Source of the DNA: an uncultured Actinomycetes bacterium
Lineage (GTDB): Bacteria > Actinomycetota > UBA4738 > HRBIN12
DNA: 64,000 bases
Reading direction: 5' to 3'
NCBI GenBank assembly: GCA_963775735.1
Contig: CAVZKD010000007.1
Span: 1,799,088-1,863,087 of the forward strand
Part shown: piece after piece, positions 1-8,954 of the stretch
Position numbering within the stretch: the stretch's first letter is position 1
Layout: each line of letters starts with the position of its first letter
Notes under the pieces: generated by a model
The model's database searches: none
Told to the model about the DNA's origin: nothing
What the model saw: the letters and a program-made list of their open reading frames with translations, nothing else
Made by a program: the position numbers and the translations under genes

Positions 1-336
1 CGGGTCCCCCGCGTAGGAGACCTCGATCGCGTGCTCACCACTCGAGCCGGCCGGAACCCTGATCTTGGCGAGCCCGAGGAAGTTCGTCGTCGCCGAGCCC
101 ACCTTCACCCCGTCGACCGAGATCGTCAGGGAGGCCTTCGGAAGTGGCCACCACAGGAAGCGGCCCTTCGTCAGGACCAGCACCGTGCCGACGACGTCGT
201 CGCCGGCCTCGACCTCGTGTTCGTGGAGCTTGAACCAGATCTTGGTCGCGGCTTCCGACGTGGCCACGGCCGGCGTCGCGAGGAGCGCGAGCCCGACGGC
301 CACCCCCACCGCCATGCACACGATCTTGCGCGCCAT
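1..336 (-). CDS. Secreted protein, N-terminal fragment (gene continues past window start)
   Basis: Truncated, so absent from the ORF track. Minus-strand ATG at 334-336 is preceded by GAAAGGA. Reads MARKIVCMAVGVAVGLALLATPAVATSEAATKIWFKLHEHEVEAGDDVVGTVLVL...EHAIEVSYAGDP: a signal peptide followed by beta-rich Ig-like sequence. The frame is GC3-rich. Confidence 0.5.
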   Translation of the reverse strand, partial: MARKIVCMAVGVAVGLALLATPAVATSEAATKIWFKLHEHEVEAGDDVVGTVLVLTKGRFLWWPLPKASLTISVDGVKVGSATTNFLGLAKIRVPAGSSGEHAIEVSYAGDP

Positions 337-407
337 CGCGGTGGTCCTTTCACTGACAGACGTTCTCCCCATGTATCGGCATCATGGGGGTCGGAACTTG
401 AGGGGAC

Positions 408-1616
408 CTACGGCTTGGGCGGCCGTTCGAACCGGCCGACGAGCGCGACGATCCCCGCCAGCACCGCCGCGGACAGGCCGATGAACACCGGCCGGAGCAG
501 CCACCAGGCCGCCGTGCTGTCTTGCTCCCGGCCGACCCCCAGCGGCCACAGCGCGAGCAGCACGACGAAGTAGGCGGTCATGTGCCACAGGAACAGCGTC
601 ATGATCACGCTGTTCAACGCGATCGTGATCCTCCAGGGCCGCGCTCGTTGCAGCCACCGTGACAGGGGCGGTCGAAGCAGCATCACGGCGCCGATGGACC
701 AGATGTCGGCGAGGAGGAAGCACACGGTCGGTGGGTAGGCGTTCGAGACGACCTCGACGTCGGTGCCGAGCAGGCTCTTCGGGTAGTGCCCGATCCCCGG
801 GAACCAGTCGAAGCGCGCGTTCCCGAGCGGCTCGAAGAGCCAGGGGTTGGTCATCAGCACCAAGCCGCCGAGCCCCACCGCGACCATCGCCCAGAACGCC
901 CGGCGCGGCAGCCGCTCGAACGTCCCGTCCGCGTAGAAGTGCCCGAGCTGATGTGGCAGCAGGAGCACGAAGACGACGTTCAGGTAGCGGAGCGGGTCCA
1001 CGTCCGCGCCGAACCCGACGACGTCGACGATGATCGTCCCCGCCACCATGGCCGCCGGCACCCGCCAACGGAACCGCCGGTGCAGCCGGATCGTCGCGGG
1101 CGCGAGACAGACCACGACGAGGTAGACGGCGAGGAACCACAGGGGCCCGAACGGCAACGTGGCAGCCGGCGGGTACATCCCGCGGAGCAGCCGAGTGTCC
1201 CCGGGCAGCTCGGGCCCGGTCGGTCCGCCGACGTCGAGCAGGTGGAGCGCGACCTGCACGACGAGCCAGAACCCGAGGAACACGAGCGAGGGCCGCAGGA
1301 GGCGTTCGAGCCGGCTGCGGATGAACGCGGAGGTCGGCTCCCCGCGGCGGCGGAACGCGTCGTAGGTCACGAGGTTGGAGAACCCGCCGACGAAGAAGAA
1401 CACCGGCATGACCTGGAACACCCACGTGGCGAGCCACATCCCCGAGGTCACGCCGACCGCGCTGGTCGTCGAGAAGACGTCTCGCTCGAAGTGGTTGATC
1501 GAGATGAACCAGTGGCCGAAGACCACGGCGACGATCGAGGCCGCCCGCAGGAAGTCGACGTAGCGATCGCGCGTGGCGGGAGTGGCCCGCGCCAGCTCCT
1601 CGAGGCGGTGGCTCAC
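408..1616 (-). CDS. Acyltransferase family 3 integral membrane protein
   Basis: 402-aa ORF with RDRYVDFLRAASIVAVVFGHW near the N-terminus, followed by about 10 hydrophobic helices, as in acyltransferase_3 proteins. Confidence 0.8.
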   Translation of the reverse strand: MSHRLEELARATPATRDRYVDFLRAASIVAVVFGHWFISINHFERDVFSTTSAVGVTSGMWLATWVFQVMPVFFFVGGFSNLVTYDAFRRRGEPTSAFIRSRLERLLRPSLVFLGFWLVVQVALHLLDVGGPTGPELPGDTRLLRGMYPPAATLPFGPLWFLAVYLVVVCLAPATIRLHRRFRWRVPAAMVAGTIIVDVVGFGADVDPLRYLNVVFVLLLPHQLGHFYADGTFERLPRRAFWAMVAVGLGGLVLMTNPWLFEPLGNARFDWFPGIGHYPKSLLGTDVEVVSNAYPPTVCFLLADIWSIGAVMLLRPPLSRWLQRARPWRITIALNSVIMTLFLWHMTAYFVVLLALWPLGVGREQDSTAAWWLLRPVFIGLSAAVLAGIVALVGRFERPPKP

Positions 1617-1656
1617 TGCTCGGCGACGCTACACCCTCTGTCATCATTGGCCCGCC

Positions 1657-2493
1657 ATGGCCGCCACCGATCCGTACCGATCGCCCCTCGCGCCCGACGC
1701 GAACGCGGGGCTCGTCGCCCTGGTGACCGGCGGCGGGACCGGGCTCGGACGCGCGATCGCCCGGGAGTTCGCGCGGACCGGAGCGAGCGTGGCGATCGCC
1801 GGCCGTCGCCCGGAGCCGCTCGAGGAGGCGCGTGCCGAGCTCGAAGCCTCCGGGACGGCGTCGCTGGCGTTCCCGGCGGACGTCCGCGAACCCGAACAGG
1901 TGACGGCGCTGGTCGACGCGGTCCTCGAGCGCTTCGGGCGGATCGACGTGCTCGTGAACAACGCCGGCGGGCAGTTCCTGTCGGCGCCCGAGGACATCAC
2001 GGCCAAGGGCTGGCGGGCGGTGCAGCGCCTGAACGGCGACGCGGTGTGGGACCTCACCCGCACGGTGGCGACGCGTTCGATGATCCCGGACGGTGGCGGG
2101 CTCGTCGTGTTCATCGGGTTCAGTCCGCGTCGGGGGATCCCGTTCGTCGTCCACTCGTCTGCCGCTCGTGCCGCGCTCGAGAACCTCGCGGGCGGGCTCG
2201 CGATCGAGTGGAGCCGATACCGGGTCCGCGCCGTGTGCGTCTCGACGGGCGCGATCGACACCGACGCGTTCCGCGCCTACGGCGACGGGTTCGTGCAGGA
2301 GGCGGAGCGGACGGCGCCGCTCGGTCGGATCGCCACACCCGAGGAGGTCGCGAGCGTGATCGCGTTCCTGTCGACCTCGGGCGGCGCGTACATCACGGGC
2401 ACGACGATCGTGGTCGACGGCGGAGCGGATGCGTGGGGCCTCGGGTTCGCGCCGCCGCAGCCCGCAGCGCCGGCGCCCGAGCCGTCCGCCTAG
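1657..2493 (+). CDS. Short-chain dehydrogenase/reductase, dienoyl-CoA-reductase-like subgroup
   Basis: TGGGTGLGRAIA Rossmann motif, NNAGG, and HSSAARAALENLAGGLAIEW. Start placed at ATG 1657 (MAATDPY) inside ORF 1573..2493. Confidence 0.85.
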   Translation: MAATDPYRSPLAPDANAGLVALVTGGGTGLGRAIAREFARTGASVAIAGRRPEPLEEARAELEASGTASLAFPADVREPEQVTALVDAVLERFGRIDVLVNNAGGQFLSAPEDITAKGWRAVQRLNGDAVWDLTRTVATRSMIPDGGGLVVFIGFSPRRGIPFVVHSSAARAALENLAGGLAIEWSRYRVRAVCVSTGAIDTDAFRAYGDGFVQEAERTAPLGRIATPEEVASVIAFLSTSGGAYITGTTIVVDGGADAWGLGFAPPQPAAPAPEPSA

Positions 2494-3551
2494 TAGACGA
2501 TCACCGAGCGCATCCCCTCGCCCCGCTCGAAGGCCTCGAGCGCGGCGTGGATCTGGTCGAGCGCGATCGTGCGCGAGATCAGGGGTTCCAGCCGCAGCTC
2601 GCCGAACGCGAGCAGGTGCGCGAGGAGCGGGAAGTCGCGAGCCGGGACCACGCTCCCGTACCAGGAGCCGGCGACCGTGAGCTCCTTCGTGGTCGCGCGC
2701 AGCGCGTGAAGGGGCGCTCGAACCTCGGGACGCGCCATGCCAACGAGGACGGTCGTTCCGCCCGGCGCCACCGCCTCCATCGCCTGCTCGATCGTCTCGG
2801 GCCGGCCCAGGCACTCGATCGCGTGATCGAACCCGCCCGGGATCTCGTCGCGGCCCGACAGGACGGTCTCGGTGGCACCGAGCTCCTTCGCGAGCTCGAG
2901 CTTGGCCTCCACCACGTCGACCGCGACGATCGCCGCGGCCCCCGCGATGCGAGCGCCCTGGATCGCGGACTGACCGACGGCGCCGCACCCGAGGACGAGC
3001 ACGGACTCTCCCGGTCGTACCCGGGCGGTGTTCAGCACGGCGCCCACGCCGGTCGCGACCGCGCAGCCGAGGAGCGCGACCTGCTCGAGCGGCAACAGGG
3101 GGTCGACGCGGAAGACGGTGTTGGCCGGGACGACCGAACGCTCGGCGAACGACGAGGGGACGTTGTGGTGGATCGGCGTCGCCCCATGCCGGAAGCGCGT
3201 CGTGCCATCGGCGAGGAAGCCCGCGTCGAAGACGGCTTGTCGTTCGCACACGACCGGCCGGCCGGACGCGCACCGCCGGCACGATCCGCAGTAGGGCAAC
3301 CAGGAGCAGACGACGTGGTCGCCGGTCAACAGGTTCGCGACGCCCTCACCCACGGCCTCGACGACCGCCGAGCCCTCGTGCCCGAGCACGATCGGCATCG
3401 CGTGGGGATGGATGCCGTGCACGGCGTGATGGTCCGAGCGGCACACGCCTGAGGCCGCCATCCGGATCTGCACCTCGCCGGCCTTCGGCGGGTCGAGCTC
3501 GAGGTCCTCGAGCCGCAGGTCGTCGACCTCCCACAGCACCGCGGCGCGCAC
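2490..3551 (-). CDS. Zinc-dependent alcohol dehydrogenase family protein
   Basis: C-terminal 353 aa of ORF 2490..4496. Motifs: GVCRSDHH, GHEGSAVVEAVGEGV, structural zinc CGSCRRC, and GCGAVG NAD site. GTG start at 3551 (VRAAVLWEV). The upstream part of the ORF is an Arg/Gly-rich GC artefact. Confidence 0.85.
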   Translation of the reverse strand: MRAAVLWEVDDLRLEDLELDPPKAGEVQIRMAASGVCRSDHHAVHGIHPHAMPIVLGHEGSAVVEAVGEGVANLLTGDHVVCSWLPYCGSCRRCASGRPVVCERQAVFDAGFLADGTTRFRHGATPIHHNVPSSFAERSVVPANTVFRVDPLLPLEQVALLGCAVATGVGAVLNTARVRPGESVLVLGCGAVGQSAIQGARIAGAAAIVAVDVVEAKLELAKELGATETVLSGRDEIPGGFDHAIECLGRPETIEQAMEAVAPGGTTVLVGMARPEVRAPLHALRATTKELTVAGSWYGSVVPARDFPLLAHLLAFGELRLEPLISRTIALDQIHAALEAFERGEGMRSVIVY

Positions 3552-3599
3552 GCCCGAAGTATGGACCGCCCGGACGGACGCGGCCGCTAGCCTGCTCGG

Positions 3600-4646
3600 G
3601 TGAGCCCACGCTTCGTCCTGCACGTCGACCTGGACGAGTTCATCGCCGCCGTCGAGGTGCTCCGGCGTCCCGAGCTCGAGGGCAAGCCGGTCGTCGTGGG
3701 GGGCGACGGCGACCCGAGCAAACGCGGCGTGGTGTCGACCGCCAACTACGAGGCACGCCGGTTCGGCATCCGCAGCGCGATGCCGCTCCGAACCGCGTTC
3801 AAGCGGAACCCGGAGGCGGTGTTCCTGCCGGTGGACGCCGACGCGTACCTGGCCGCCTCGCGCGAGGTGATGGACACCCTGCGGACGCTCGACGCGGTGG
3901 TCGAGGTCGCGGGGTGGGACGAGGCCTTCCTCGGCGCGGAGACCGACGATCCCGAGGGCCTCGCGCGCGAGATCCAGCGTCGCGTGCGCGAACGCACCCG
4001 CCTGTGGTGCACCGTCGGCATCGGCGACAATCGGCTGCAGGCCAAGCTCGCGACCGGGTTCGGCAAACCCCGCGGCGTGTTCCGGATCGACACCGCCGGC
4101 TGGCCCGAGACGATGTTCGGCCTGGCAGCGTCCGAGCTGTGGGGCGTCGGCGCCAAGACCGCGGCCAAGCTCGCCGAGTTGCGGATCCGAACGATCGGCG
4201 ACCTCGCCACGGCCGACGAGGACGCGCTCGCGGAGCGGTTCGGGCCGAACACTGGGCCGTGGCTCGCGAGCCTCGGGCGCGGCGAAGGTTCGGACGAGGT
4301 CCACGCCGAGGCGTGGGTCGCCAAGGGCCGGGGCCGCGAGCGCACGTTCCAGCAGGACCTGACCGACCAGGACCAGATCCGCCGCGAGGTCGCTCGCCTC
4401 GCGCTCGAGGTCGCTCGCGACCTCGAGCGCGAGGGCCGCGTCGCCGGGCGCATCGTGGTCAAGGTTCGGACCTCGTCGTTCTTCACCTCGACCCACGGCG
4501 TGAAGCTGCCCGAGCCGACCGCCGACGCCGCCGAGATCGACGCGGCCGCCGGGAGCGCGCTCGAGCGCTTCGAGCTCGACCGCCCGGTCCGACTGCTCGG
4601 GGTGCGAGCGGAGATGACCCCACCAGTGGTAGACAACGCGACGTGA
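3600..4646 (+). CDS. dinB: DNA polymerase IV (Y-family translesion polymerase)
   Basis: 348-aa ORF with FVLHVDLDEFIAAVE, KPVVVGG and VVSTANYEARRFGIRSAMP, plus little-finger region. GTG start. Confidence 0.9.
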   Translation: MSPRFVLHVDLDEFIAAVEVLRRPELEGKPVVVGGDGDPSKRGVVSTANYEARRFGIRSAMPLRTAFKRNPEAVFLPVDADAYLAASREVMDTLRTLDAVVEVAGWDEAFLGAETDDPEGLAREIQRRVRERTRLWCTVGIGDNRLQAKLATGFGKPRGVFRIDTAGWPETMFGLAASELWGVGAKTAAKLAELRIRTIGDLATADEDALAERFGPNTGPWLASLGRGEGSDEVHAEAWVAKGRGRERTFQQDLTDQDQIRREVARLALEVARDLEREGRVAGRIVVKVRTSSFFTSTHGVKLPEPTADAAEIDAAAGSALERFELDRPVRLLGVRAEMTPPVVDNAT

Positions 4647-5467
4647 GCCTCCAGTACCACGTGCAGCTGCGCGAGGGTGACGTCGCGCCGTACGTGCTCC
4701 TGCCCGGCGATCCCGGTCGCGTGCCGCTGGTCGCGAGCCTGTGGGACGAGTCGCGCGAGGTGGCGAGCAACCGCGAGTACGTCACGTTCACCGGCACGTA
4801 CAAGGGCGTGCCGATCTCGTGCACCTCGACCGGGATCGGCTGCCCCTCCACGGCCATCGCGATGGAGGAGCTCGCGCGCGTCGGGGCGACGACGTTCGTC
4901 CGGATCGGTACGTGCGGGACGTTCCAGGACCGCGTGGCCAACGGGGACATCGCGATCTTCGACTCGGCGGCGCGGTACGACGGGGCGTCTCGGCTCTACG
5001 CGCCGATCGAGTTCCCGGCGGTCGCGAGCCACGACGTGGTCGGCGCCGCGATCGAGGCCGGCCGGGAGCTCGGGTACACGACGCACGTGGGCACGACGCG
5101 TTCGGCCGACACCTTCTACGCGATGCATCCCCGGCCCGGCTCGAGCTACAACGGCTACTGGCAGTCGAGCTGGCGCGACCACTTCGAGGACCTGAAGCGG
5201 CTCAACATCGTCGCGGCCGAGATGGAGGCGAGCGTGATCTTCGTGCTCGCGCGCGTGTGGGGCCTTCGGGCCGGCGGGGTCGCGGTCGTGCTCGACAACG
5301 TGCTGAAGGTCTCGGGCGAGGAGGGCCGGTTCGATCCCGATGACCAGTTCGAGCACGGTGGCGACGAGATCGAGCGGCTCGCGCGGATGGGCTCGGAGAC
5401 CGTTCGGATCCTCGCCGAACGCGACGCGGCGAGCCGCGCGGCCGGACCCGACACGGCCATCACGTGA
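4643..5467 (+). CDS. Nucleoside phosphorylase (PNP/UDP family 1, uridine-phosphorylase-like), copy 1
   Basis: C-terminal 274 aa of ORF 3914..5467. Motifs: LLPGDPGRV, TSTGIGCPSTAIAMEEL, RIGTCG and AAEMEAS. The GTG start overlaps the dinB stop as GTGA. Confidence 0.8.
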   Translation: MSLQYHVQLREGDVAPYVLLPGDPGRVPLVASLWDESREVASNREYVTFTGTYKGVPISCTSTGIGCPSTAIAMEELARVGATTFVRIGTCGTFQDRVANGDIAIFDSAARYDGASRLYAPIEFPAVASHDVVGAAIEAGRELGYTTHVGTTRSADTFYAMHPRPGSSYNGYWQSSWRDHFEDLKRLNIVAAEMEASVIFVLARVWGLRAGGVAVVLDNVLKVSGEEGRFDPDDQFEHGGDEIERLARMGSETVRILAERDAASRAAGPDTAIT

Positions 5468-6285
5468 GCCTCCAGTACCACGTCCAGCTCTCGCCGGGCG
5501 ACGTGGCCCCCACCGTGCTGCTTCCCGGCGACCCGGGCCGGGTCCCGGTCGTCGCGAGCCTCTGGGACGAGGCCCGCGAGGTCGCCCGCAACCGCGAGTA
5601 CGTCACGTTCACGGGGACGTACCGCGGCGTGCCGATCTCGTGCACCTCGACGGGGATCGGAGCACCCTCGACCGCGATCGCGCTGGAGGAGCTCGCACGC
5701 GTCGGAGCGACGACCTTCCTGCGGATCGGGACGTGCGGAGCCCTCCAACGCGACGCGAGGGTCGGCCACATCGCGATCTTCGACTCGGCGATCCGAGCCG
5801 ACGGCGCCTCGGCCCTGTACGCGCCGCCCGAGTATCCGGCGGTCGCCCATCACGACGTGGTCGACGCGGCGATCGAGGCGGCTCGCCGGCTCGGCACGCC
5901 GTGGCACGTGGGGACGACGTTCTCGACCGACCTGTTCTACGTGCCCGAGCCCGGTTCCGCGTTCGGCGGGTTCGAGCAATCCGCGTGGCGCGAGCGGTAC
6001 GCCGACATCGGCGGGACGGGGGCGCTCGCGGCCGAGATGGAGGCGAGCGTGCTCATGGTCCTGACGAGGATCTGGGGGCTCCGCGGCGGCGCGATCGCGC
6101 TCATCTCCGACGCCGTGGAGGACAAGGACGAGGCCGGCGAGTTCGACCCGCAGGCGACGTTCGACGTCGGGCAGGAGCCGATGCTCCGGCTCGCACGGAT
6201 GGGGTGCGAGACGGCCGTGGTGCTCGACGAGCGCGCGGACGTGCCCGAAGGATCGGAGCGGATCGGGGAGGGCCCGGAGGGTTAG
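5464..6285 (+). CDS. Nucleoside phosphorylase (PNP/UDP family 1), copy 2 (tandem paralog)
   Basis: 273-aa ORF with the same motifs as copy 1. The first 100 aa or so are about 85% identical to copy 1 and the remainder much less so. The start overlaps the copy 1 stop as GTGA. Confidence 0.8.
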   Translation: MSLQYHVQLSPGDVAPTVLLPGDPGRVPVVASLWDEAREVARNREYVTFTGTYRGVPISCTSTGIGAPSTAIALEELARVGATTFLRIGTCGALQRDARVGHIAIFDSAIRADGASALYAPPEYPAVAHHDVVDAAIEAARRLGTPWHVGTTFSTDLFYVPEPGSAFGGFEQSAWRERYADIGGTGALAAEMEASVLMVLTRIWGLRGGAIALISDAVEDKDEAGEFDPQATFDVGQEPMLRLARMGCETAVVLDERADVPEGSERIGEGPEG

Positions 6286-6488
6286 CTGCCGCTGCCGCCG
6301 GCGGGGAACCCGGCCGTCCCCTGGTCGAACAGGCCCGCGACCGACGCGCCGAACACCGTGAGCGCGAACACGGTCACGAGGACGACCAGCGTCAGGATCA
6401 GGCCGTACTCGGAGGCAACGGCTCCCGCCTCCTGGCACGCCCACCCGGACATCCGCCGGAGCGCGGATCGAAGTCTCGAAACGTTCAT
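6282..6488 (-). CDS. flp: Flp family type IVb pilin
   Basis: MNVSRLRSALRRMSGWACQEAGAVASEYGLILTLVVLV. Has the G/xxxxEY prepilin processing motif and a hydrophobic helix. ATG at 6488 has GAAGGA 9 nt upstream. Lies inside ORF 6282..6548. Confidence 0.75.
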   Translation of the reverse strand: MNVSRLRSALRRMSGWACQEAGAVASEYGLILTLVVLVTVFALTVFGASVAGLFDQGTAGFPAGGSGS

Positions 6489-6623
6489 CGCCAGGGTCCT
6501 TCTTCCGGAAACGTCTCCAGCGTAGGGATTCTGGGGGCGGCGAGCCATCCCACGTTCCCCGGTGGCGAACGGACCGCTCGGCCTAGGGAGGACTCGTCGG
6601 ATATCCGGGGGTCGGAAGGGTCG

Positions 6624-6827
6624 TCAGGACCCTGCGCCGGAGGGGAACCCGCCCGTTCCCTGGTCGAACAGCCCCGCGACCGAGGCTCCGAACGCGGTCG
6701 CAGCCAGGATGATCGCCAGCGCGATCAGCAGCAGGAGCAGGCCGTACTCGGTCGCCACCGCCCCCGCTTCTCCACGTGCCCGGCCGGAGATCCGCCGGAG
6801 CGCCGAGCGGAGGGTGGAGGCATGCAT
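6624..6827 (-). CDS. flp: Flp family type IVb pilin (second copy)
   Basis: 67-aa ORF MHASTLRSALRRISGRARGEAGAVATEYGLLLLLIALAIIL, about 70% identical to the neighbouring flp. Confidence 0.8.
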   Translation of the reverse strand: MHASTLRSALRRISGRARGEAGAVATEYGLLLLLIALAIILAATAFGASVAGLFDQGTGGFPSGAGS

Positions 6828-6843
6828 GTCCAGGTCCCGAGCG

Positions 6844-8305
6844 TCAGAAGTTGAGCAGCCTCGTCTGCTGGATCGACTGGACGGCGATCCGCAGGAACGT
6901 GGCCTCGAGGTCGGTGCCGCGCGACTCGCAGAAGTAGAAGTCGTTGTCGGTCTGCTCGGTCAGCGGGTTCGCGACCGTGTCGCACCCCCCGGGCGTGTTG
7001 TCACCGACGACCCCGGCCGGCGGGGGGCTCGCCATGTCGGCCAGGAACCTGGTTGCGAAGTCCCCACCGGAGGGCGGAGGTCCGTACGGGCTGGCCGTGG
7101 TGTCGAACCCGCAGCGCGCGCCGGACGCGCCGTAGGCGATCGTGAAGATCAGCACCCCGTTCGCCTTCGCGTTGGCTGCGCGGGTGATCGCGTACTGGCA
7201 CGGCTGGTTGAACCGCGGTTGGTTCGCCTCGCCGTCGGCGAAGTACACGATGACGTCCGGCACGTCGACCCTCGAGCCGGCGAGCATGTTCGCCGCGGCG
7301 TGCAGCGGGTCGCCGTGGTTCGTGTGGCCAGCGCCGGTCGGCGTCACGTTGTTGACGGAGGTGGCCCGCATCAGGCAGTTCACCGTGCTGACGAGCGTGC
7401 TGCCGCTGTTCAGCGTGCCGTCGGAGTTCTGGTAGTCGTTCGTGATGCTCGACCAGCCTCCAGCGGTCCCCTGCCGCGTTGGGCACGCTCGGGTACGTCT
7501 GGGTCGGCTGCGTGTCGCACAGGTTCACGAACGGGCTCGTCCGGTGGTACGGGAGCGCCACCAGGCCGATCGACACGTCGTCCGGGTCGTAGAACTCGAG
7601 GATCGAGTCCCTCGCGGCGGACGAGTTCGAGATCGCGGCCTTCACGTTGGCGATGTCCGCGTCGCTCATGCTCGTCGATCGGTCGACGACGAGGACGACG
7701 TCGAGCGGCGAGGACGCCTGGCCGCAGAACCCCTTGCACGCCGCCGCGCGGACCGCGCCCGTCGTGCCGGAATCGAACCCGAGGATCGGCGCGAACAGGT
7801 ACTGCACCGTGCTCGACGCCGTGAGCTTGATCGTGTTGCAGAGATCGCCGCCGTACGGGTTGCAGACGTGGTACGCGCGGCCGGCCCGGCTCGTCCACCC
7901 GCCCGACCACGTCCCTGCGGTCACGGGCCCGCAGGCGAAGAGGAGATCGGGGCTGTCGTGGCCCCCGTCGCCGTCCGGGTCCGAGACGACGCAGCCGAAC
8001 TCGATGATCAAGGACGAGCCGGTGGCCGACGGACCGTTCGCCTCGGCGACCTGTCGCGCGGTGGCTTCGGCGGCGCCCCCGGCGGTGGAACCCTGGACGG
8101 GCATGAGCCCCGCGCCCGCGAGCGAGCCGAGGTCCACGGCCGCCTGCAGGATGTGCCGCTCGTGCCGCAGGCGCGCGATGTCGAACATCACCGCCGCGGA
8201 GCCGAGCAGCGCGGTAAGCATGAGCGCGACCACGACGGCCACGACCCCGCGCTCGTCGTTCAGTCGCGCGAGGCCGAGACGTGCCAGCACGCGCGGGCGG
8301 TTCAC
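6844..8305 (-). pseudogene. TadG-like pilus assembly protein with TadE/G N-terminal helix and C-terminal vWA domain; frame broken once at 7468-7471
   Basis: The N-terminal part lies in the ORF 7001..8488 frame from GTG 8305 (VNRPRVLARLGLARLNDERGVVAVVVALMLTALLGSAAVMFDIARL ... VVLVVDRSTSMS MIDAS-like motif). After a C4/G4 run the protein continues in the ORF 6844..7383 frame (..SSITNDYQNSDGTLNSGSTLVSTVNCLMRATS..VIVYFADGEAN..IFTIAYG). Confidence 0.7.
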
Positions 8306-8796
8306 TGGCCCTCGAACCTCGCCTCGGCCCTGGAGGTCATGGACATGTCCGCGCCGAGCCCGACGAATCCCGGGAGCGGCGTGATGTAGTCGTAGCTGTA
8401 GGTCGACGTGATGCGGACGATGTCGCCCGCATCCCAGTCGACGGCCGACCCGCAGCTCGTGAACATCGTGCTGCCGGCCGGCGCGCACTCGATCACGACG
8501 GTCAGGTTGGCCTGATCGAGGAAGCTCGACGCGCCGCGCACGCGGGCCTCGATGTTGGTCTGGTTCGGATCCACGGCCGCGAGCCTCGCGCCCTCGCGGA
8601 CGCCGTTCTGCGTCGAGTCCCAGGCGTGGTAGCCGAAGCCGAACTCGATGATGCCGAGGATCAGCATCAACATCAGCGGCAGGATGAGCGCGAACTCGAC
8701 GGCGACCGCTCCGCGTTCGGAACGCGGATCCGCGGGGCTGATGCCCCGATCGATCGCTCTCTCGAGCGCACGTCGCTGATGTGTTTGCACGGCCAT
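8302..8796 (-). CDS. TadE-like pilus assembly protein
   Basis: 164-aa ORF with ERGAVAVEFALILPLMLMLILGIIEFG, a TadE N-terminal motif. The stop overlaps the tadG-like start as GTGA. Confidence 0.75.
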   Translation of the reverse strand: MAVQTHQRRALERAIDRGISPADPRSERGAVAVEFALILPLMLMLILGIIEFGFGYHAWDSTQNGVREGARLAAVDPNQTNIEARVRGASSFLDQANLTVVIECAPAGSTMFTSCGSAVDWDAGDIVRITSTYSYDYITPLPGFVGLGADMSMTSRAEARFEGQ

Positions 8797-8954
8797 CGCT
8801 CCCGTTCGAAGGCTAGGGAGCGCGTGCCTGGCGGGCCATACCGTGTTTCCCGGAGATGGGGTGGCCCGCTCAGACTAGTGCGAACGGTCGGCACGGCCGC
8901 TGTTCGGATCGGCCCGGCCGTCGTGCGGCTCGCCCGGTACCCTGGGCCGACTCC

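Noticed and set aside
382-3452. Very long ORFs on the opposite strand or in other frames (382..3282 minus, 966 aa; 786..3452 plus, 888 aa). Similar ones elsewhere: 28780..32001, 47714..51055, 53029..58050 (1673 aa), 60669..62825.
   Set aside because: They are Arg/Pro/Gly/Asp-rich with no motifs and overlap well-supported genes. Open non-coding frames like these are expected at about 70% G+C.
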